DNA of 64,000 bases. It comes from a virus (lineage: Duplodnaviria > Caudoviricetes). Within the stretch, counting starts at the first letter, position 1, and each line of letters opens with the position of its first letter. Positions 60,546 to 64,000 of the stretch are shown in pieces. The stretch is from positions 1 through 64,000 of the IMG/VR virus record IMGVR_UViG_3300032123_000052. One strand, given 5' to 3'. The position numbers and the translations under genes were made by a program. The notes under the pieces were generated by a model. It did no database searches and was not told where the DNA came from. It saw only the letters and a program-made list of their open reading frames with translations.

Positions 60546-60671
60546 TTATGAGACGCCCCAGCCAAAACGATTTAACACTTTATGTAGCAGTTTACGAAAT
60601 AGATTAAAAAGTATTTCATTAATAATTGCATTAATGAATCTAAGAAATATAACAAGTAATGAAAAACGCAT
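60546..60671 (-). CDS. 41-aa amphipathic/hydrophobic peptide (not in the ORF track)
   Basis: aaggagggtgtt-ATG, then MRFSLLVIFLRFINAIINEILFNLFRKLLHKVLNRFGWGVS-TAA. It fills the gap between two co-directional genes. Confidence 0.55.
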   Translation of the reverse strand: MRFSLLVIFLRFINAIINEILFNLFRKLLHKVLNRFGWGVS

Positions 60672-60726
60672 AACACCCTCCTTTGAAACGTCATGTCTCG
60701 GGGGGAGAGCAATCGATCTCAAAAGA

Positions 60727-62799
60727 TTATGCGTTTATATAACTCTTATTTTTTGCTTCTTTTCTTGTACATGCCTCGAATTTTGTTTTTCTCTTTATAC
60801 AAGAAATCAAACCAAGCTCTTCTGCATTTAATTTTATTTTATTATTTTCCAAAAGTTCATCCATTTTAGTTTCAGTTATGTTGAACTTCTTAATAATAGT
60901 GTCTATTTTAATGCCCTTTTCCAATAATATCTTCATGGTGGCGAGTGAATAGAATTCTCTGTTTTCGGTTGTATAATAATCGAGCACAGCATGTTCGTCG
61001 ATTTTAATTTCATTTGAGCACCCCTGGGCAAAACTTTTACACAGCTTCATAAGGCGCACGTTTTCTTGCTTATTAACCTCAAACCTTTTCCACGCAGTTT
61101 GGCAATCTTCCACATCTTTGACAAGAAATTGATTCGGATCATCAATGTTATTTATAAATTGCTTATTAAACAACGGGCATTTTGATTCTTCTGCAAGATG
61201 GCAAGTATGGCAAAATTCATTACGCGTAGGCTCAAACGCGTTGTCTGTTTTAAGCATTTCTTGTTCTATCATTTGAATAGAATCATCAATCCATTGCTGG
61301 GCAGTTTCTGCTGCCGCTTTTACATCGATAATTTCGTATTCTATAGATTTCCCGAATCTAATATATTCGACGCGCACTATTACCTTTTGATAACTCTCTG
61401 GTGGTAATAGATGGTATGCAAGCAGGACATATACCTTCATTTGCATATCCTCCTTAAGTTGGGCCACAGTCATCATTTTTCTTGAGCTTTTATAGTCTGT
61501 AATCACAACAATATTGGTAAGATATGACAACACATCAATGATACCTCGCATGAATGCTTTATTAGAATAGAAGTCACTCAATAAGCCCCACTCACGATCG
61601 AAAGCAAGCTTCTTCTCTGTAAGCATTATGTCGCCAGGTATAAGTGAAAAATCTTTATTTTCGTAAAACCGGGCCATAATATACCCAACATCAATGATGA
61701 TATTGGCATTTGTGCATTTGTGATACGTTGTTGCTTTATTTACTATTTTGTCAAATGATGCACGGTCAGGCATAGATGGTTTTTCATAGTTGTCTTCAGA
61801 GATATTTTGATCAATTTCGTATATCAACCCAGCAAGGCCTTTAATGCTGGGGAAATATAGATGTATCTGATCTTGATGTCGATAAAGATAATATCCGAAA
61901 TCATGAAATGTAATCAGCAATTCCTGGATATCGAACTCTTTGGCAATAATCGGCACAACCTCTTGTTTAATATGAAGATTTTTGATACGAGCATATTCGG
62001 TGAGTTTTATTGCAAATGATTCTCGATATACCCACTCTCCTGACCATTCTGTGGCTTTATGGCATATTTTTCCTACGACGAGGTAATCAACCTTGGGTTG
62101 TTTTATCTTTTGGATATATTGCATATACCATTTAAATTGGCACTGGTGAAACAAGTTTATTCTTGAAAATGAATACGCCTGTGTTTCCATTATTTCTTTA
62201 TCAGATTGTGTTGGGACAATCCCCATTTTCTTAAATGCGCCGCTTATCTTTTCATCCATGTTTTTGGCGAATAGCGGGGCCTCTTGATTCTGAATACATT
62301 CAGATTCTTCAATATTCTTTAGCTTGACAAATAGTTCAATGCATTTAAGAGTGTCATATTCTGATCGGTGCGCTTCTTTATCATCCCATTTTATGCCAAT
62401 TCTCATGCATGCAGTTTTTAATTTATTACCACCCTTGTAGCGCTTCCTACACATTATCAATGTGTCTTCATATCTTTTGGGTTTTATTTTCAAAAATTTA
62501 AGATCAAACTGTTTGATATTGTGGCCGATAACAGTTCTCGATCCGAAAAATTCAGCCACCTCTTCTCTTATACCATCTTTGAGATAGTTTTTCTTATCCT
62601 TGACCATATCATATGTAATGCCGTTTATTTTACTTACCACTATGGGTATAAATTCAGCCATAGGTCTACATAGATATGATAGAGTTTTGCCTATTTTTCC
62701 AGAAAGGTTAAACTCTATCGCTGTCACCTCAACAACTTCATCGTTCTGATGATTGAGGCCGGTTGTTTCTGTGTCTACTCCAACGTAATTATATTCCAT
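60727..62799 (-). CDS. Fusion of a DnaQ-like DEDDh 3'-5' exonuclease and a PD-(D/E)XK (RecB/Cas4-like) nuclease
   Basis: N-terminal VDTETTGL, GHNIKQFD and HRSEYD. C-terminal YSFSRINLFHQCQFKW, RGIID, ITDYKS, QMKVY and FCHTC..C. Confidence 0.88.
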   Translation of the reverse strand: MEYNYVGVDTETTGLNHQNDEVVEVTAIEFNLSGKIGKTLSYLCRPMAEFIPIVVSKINGITYDMVKDKKNYLKDGIREEVAEFFGSRTVIGHNIKQFDLKFLKIKPKRYEDTLIMCRKRYKGGNKLKTACMRIGIKWDDKEAHRSEYDTLKCIELFVKLKNIEESECIQNQEAPLFAKNMDEKISGAFKKMGIVPTQSDKEIMETQAYSFSRINLFHQCQFKWYMQYIQKIKQPKVDYLVVGKICHKATEWSGEWVYRESFAIKLTEYARIKNLHIKQEVVPIIAKEFDIQELLITFHDFGYYLYRHQDQIHLYFPSIKGLAGLIYEIDQNISEDNYEKPSMPDRASFDKIVNKATTYHKCTNANIIIDVGYIMARFYENKDFSLIPGDIMLTEKKLAFDREWGLLSDFYSNKAFMRGIIDVLSYLTNIVVITDYKSSRKMMTVAQLKEDMQMKVYVLLAYHLLPPESYQKVIVRVEYIRFGKSIEYEIIDVKAAAETAQQWIDDSIQMIEQEMLKTDNAFEPTRNEFCHTCHLAEESKCPLFNKQFINNIDDPNQFLVKDVEDCQTAWKRFEVNKQENVRLMKLCKSFAQGCSNEIKIDEHAVLDYYTTENREFYSLATMKILLEKGIKIDTIIKKFNITETKMDELLENNKIKLNAEELGLISCIKRKTKFEACTRKEAKNKSYINA

Positions 62800-63277
62800 T
62801 AATTATTTCCCTCGCTCCTTTTTTTTCTTGTATTTCGGGCATTTTATCAAGTATTGCCTGTATTCTTTTTGTCAAACTAATGTAATATTCGGCATCTTCT
62901 ATTTGGTTGGGATTGTCTTTTATCATCTTCATAACGCCGGCAAGCATAATGACAAAATCCAATTTAAGAAGATCCGTATTAACAATAGTGATATCGTTTC
63001 TTACTGAGAGGCCAAATCCAGTTTTAATAGAACTCTCTAAATCTTCAACCCTCTTTTTGTAATAAGCTTTTTTGCTAGTTATTGCTTCGAGCATGCCAAA
63101 TAGCGTGGATATGCTTAAAGACTTTTGTTCGTTTGATTCGGTCAGTTCATTTACAGTATGTATATACTGTCTTTTCACATCCCAATTTTGAACATATTGT
63201 ACGATGCAATAAACAACACAGATTAATACAATAATGATTCCAATAGCACCTCCAGGGATATACAATAAAACCTCCAC
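62789..63277 (-). CDS. Hypothetical membrane-anchored coiled-coil protein
   Basis: N-terminal hydrophobic helix (GAIGIIIVLICVVYCIV); RBS ggagg. Confidence 0.6.
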   Translation of the reverse strand: MEVLLYIPGGAIGIIIVLICVVYCIVQYVQNWDVKRQYIHTVNELTESNEQKSLSISTLFGMLEAITSKKAYYKKRVEDLESSIKTGFGLSVRNDITIVNTDLLKLDFVIMLAGVMKMIKDNPNQIEDAEYYISLTKRIQAILDKMPEIQEKKGAREIINGI

Positions 63278-63303
63278 TAGTTAATGTGATTTGAAGTTTT
63301 CAT

Positions 63304-63331
63304 AAGAAGAAAAAGGTGACAAAGTATCACC
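63304..63331 (-). terminator. Terminator-like hairpin upstream of the leftward operon
   Basis: Minus strand ggtgata-ctt-tgtcacc followed by tttttcttctt. Confidence 0.45.
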
Positions 63332-63623
63332 CCATTAATCTTATATATCAAATCTTGTTTAAAAAAAGGCAGAGGCGCGTTAACACCTCCCAAATTAACG
63401 CAACTAAATTGAACATTCTTCCAACACCCTTGCCAAGCCGAGCAGCCGAGGAAATTTTGAGAACGGCCCTGAAGTCGAGCGCAGCAAATAGCAAGCGAGC
63501 GTAATGGGCCTGAACAAAGTTTCTGTGGCTGCCCGGCTCACCTAATTAGGCCGGGGCGAAACACCCCGTTTAAGCAACTTGCGTTATTTTATTGTAACTA
63601 TAAATATTGAAACAGAGCAACAA

Positions 63624-63761
63624 TCCTGGCGGCGGGAGGCGTGCACCTAAACTCATCCTGCAACTTCAAATCATTCCACCGATCACCGGTGCAACCGGGG
63701 ATAGTTAGTCGATTTGGGGAGTTGCAGGGATGGGTTGTGGTGCACGCCTAGCTCCGCCGGA
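63624..63761. other. Long imperfect rod-like inverted repeat 1 (candidate structured RNA or cruciform)
   Basis: aggcgtgcacc/ggtgcacgcct (11 bp perfect), plus ggcgg/ccgcc, catcctgcaact/agttgcagggatg, caaatc/gatttg and an inner ccggt/accgg stem. Confidence 0.7.
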
Positions 63762-63907
63762 TGTGATATCTGCGTATTTATAAATATTCATTTCCGATGA
63801 ATCATCGGACAAAGCCTTACAATAATAGCGAGAGGGCAGTGCCACTGCCAATCCCGCTCAAAAGCATGACTAAAAATAGATCATCACTAGGAGTTAGTTG
63901 AGGTCAA

Positions 63908-63988
63908 GGAATTCCTGGATCTGAACCATCCGATGATGGACTAGCGAAGCTTAAGGCCCTCCTCGGATAGTTCAGATACAGGAATTCC
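63908..63988. other. Long inverted repeat 2 (26-bp arms, 2 mismatches)
   Basis: ggaattcctggatctgaaccatccga / tcggatagttcagatacaggaattcc. Confidence 0.8.
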
Positions 63989-64000
63989 GTATCGGACTAA

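Noticed and set aside
3860-61407. Numerous short (60-260 aa) track ORFs nested in or antisense to long genes (e.g. 15501..16292, 46477..47043, 54055..54603)
   Set aside because: They fully overlap better-supported genes and lack RBSs or motifs, so they are treated as shadows.
63316-63504. 62-aa plus-strand track ORF
   Set aside because: No convincing RBS, atypical composition, and it overlaps hairpin elements in an otherwise non-coding region.
9521-63786. TATAAATA (T4-type late promoter) at 9521, 23658, about 45833, 63599 and 63779
   Set aside because: An all-A/T octamer is expected many times by chance in this AT-rich DNA. It also occurs in coding sequence, and no gp55-like sigma factor is seen.
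1-64000. Prophage boundaries, integrase, lysis cassette, rRNA
   Set aside because: No att-like repeats, recombinase, holin/endolysin motifs or host genes were recognised.

Overview
Viral (tailed dsDNA phage) sequence with no cellular housekeeping genes, rRNA, recognisable tRNA, CRISPR array, integrase or lysis cassette. It has three blocks. (1) 1-23.6 kb, + strand, AT-rich with T-ending codons: a complete lambda-like siphovirus morphogenesis module (accessory fibre genes, TerS, GpA-type TerL, gpW-like protein, lambda-type portal, S49 protease, scaffold, cement, major capsid, neck/terminator, tail tube, tail chaperone with a -1 frameshift, TP901-type tape measure, tail tip, fibre). (2) 23.7-49.9 kb, + strand, visibly higher GC and different codon usage: large, mostly unannotatable virion-like genes, including a 2,600-aa five-module beta-helix protein and a second, unrelated portal-like gene. 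This suggests a second, larger phage joined inside the fibre gene, either as an assembly chimera or a natural mosaic. (3) 50.1-63.3 kb, - strand, convergent with block 2: an early/DNA-metabolism region (DEDDh-PD(D/E)XK fusion, SNF2 helicase, second DEDD exonuclease, VRR-NUC). It contains the most notable feature, a complete phage-encoded ubiquitin-like conjugation operon: two paralogous coiled-coil-E2-like proteins, a JAB/JAMM protease, a ThiF/E1 enzyme and a tandem di-Ubl whose two domains both end in K-x-K-G-N. The last 700 bp are non-coding and contain long hairpins. All family assignments come from motif recognition by eye; no database searches were run.
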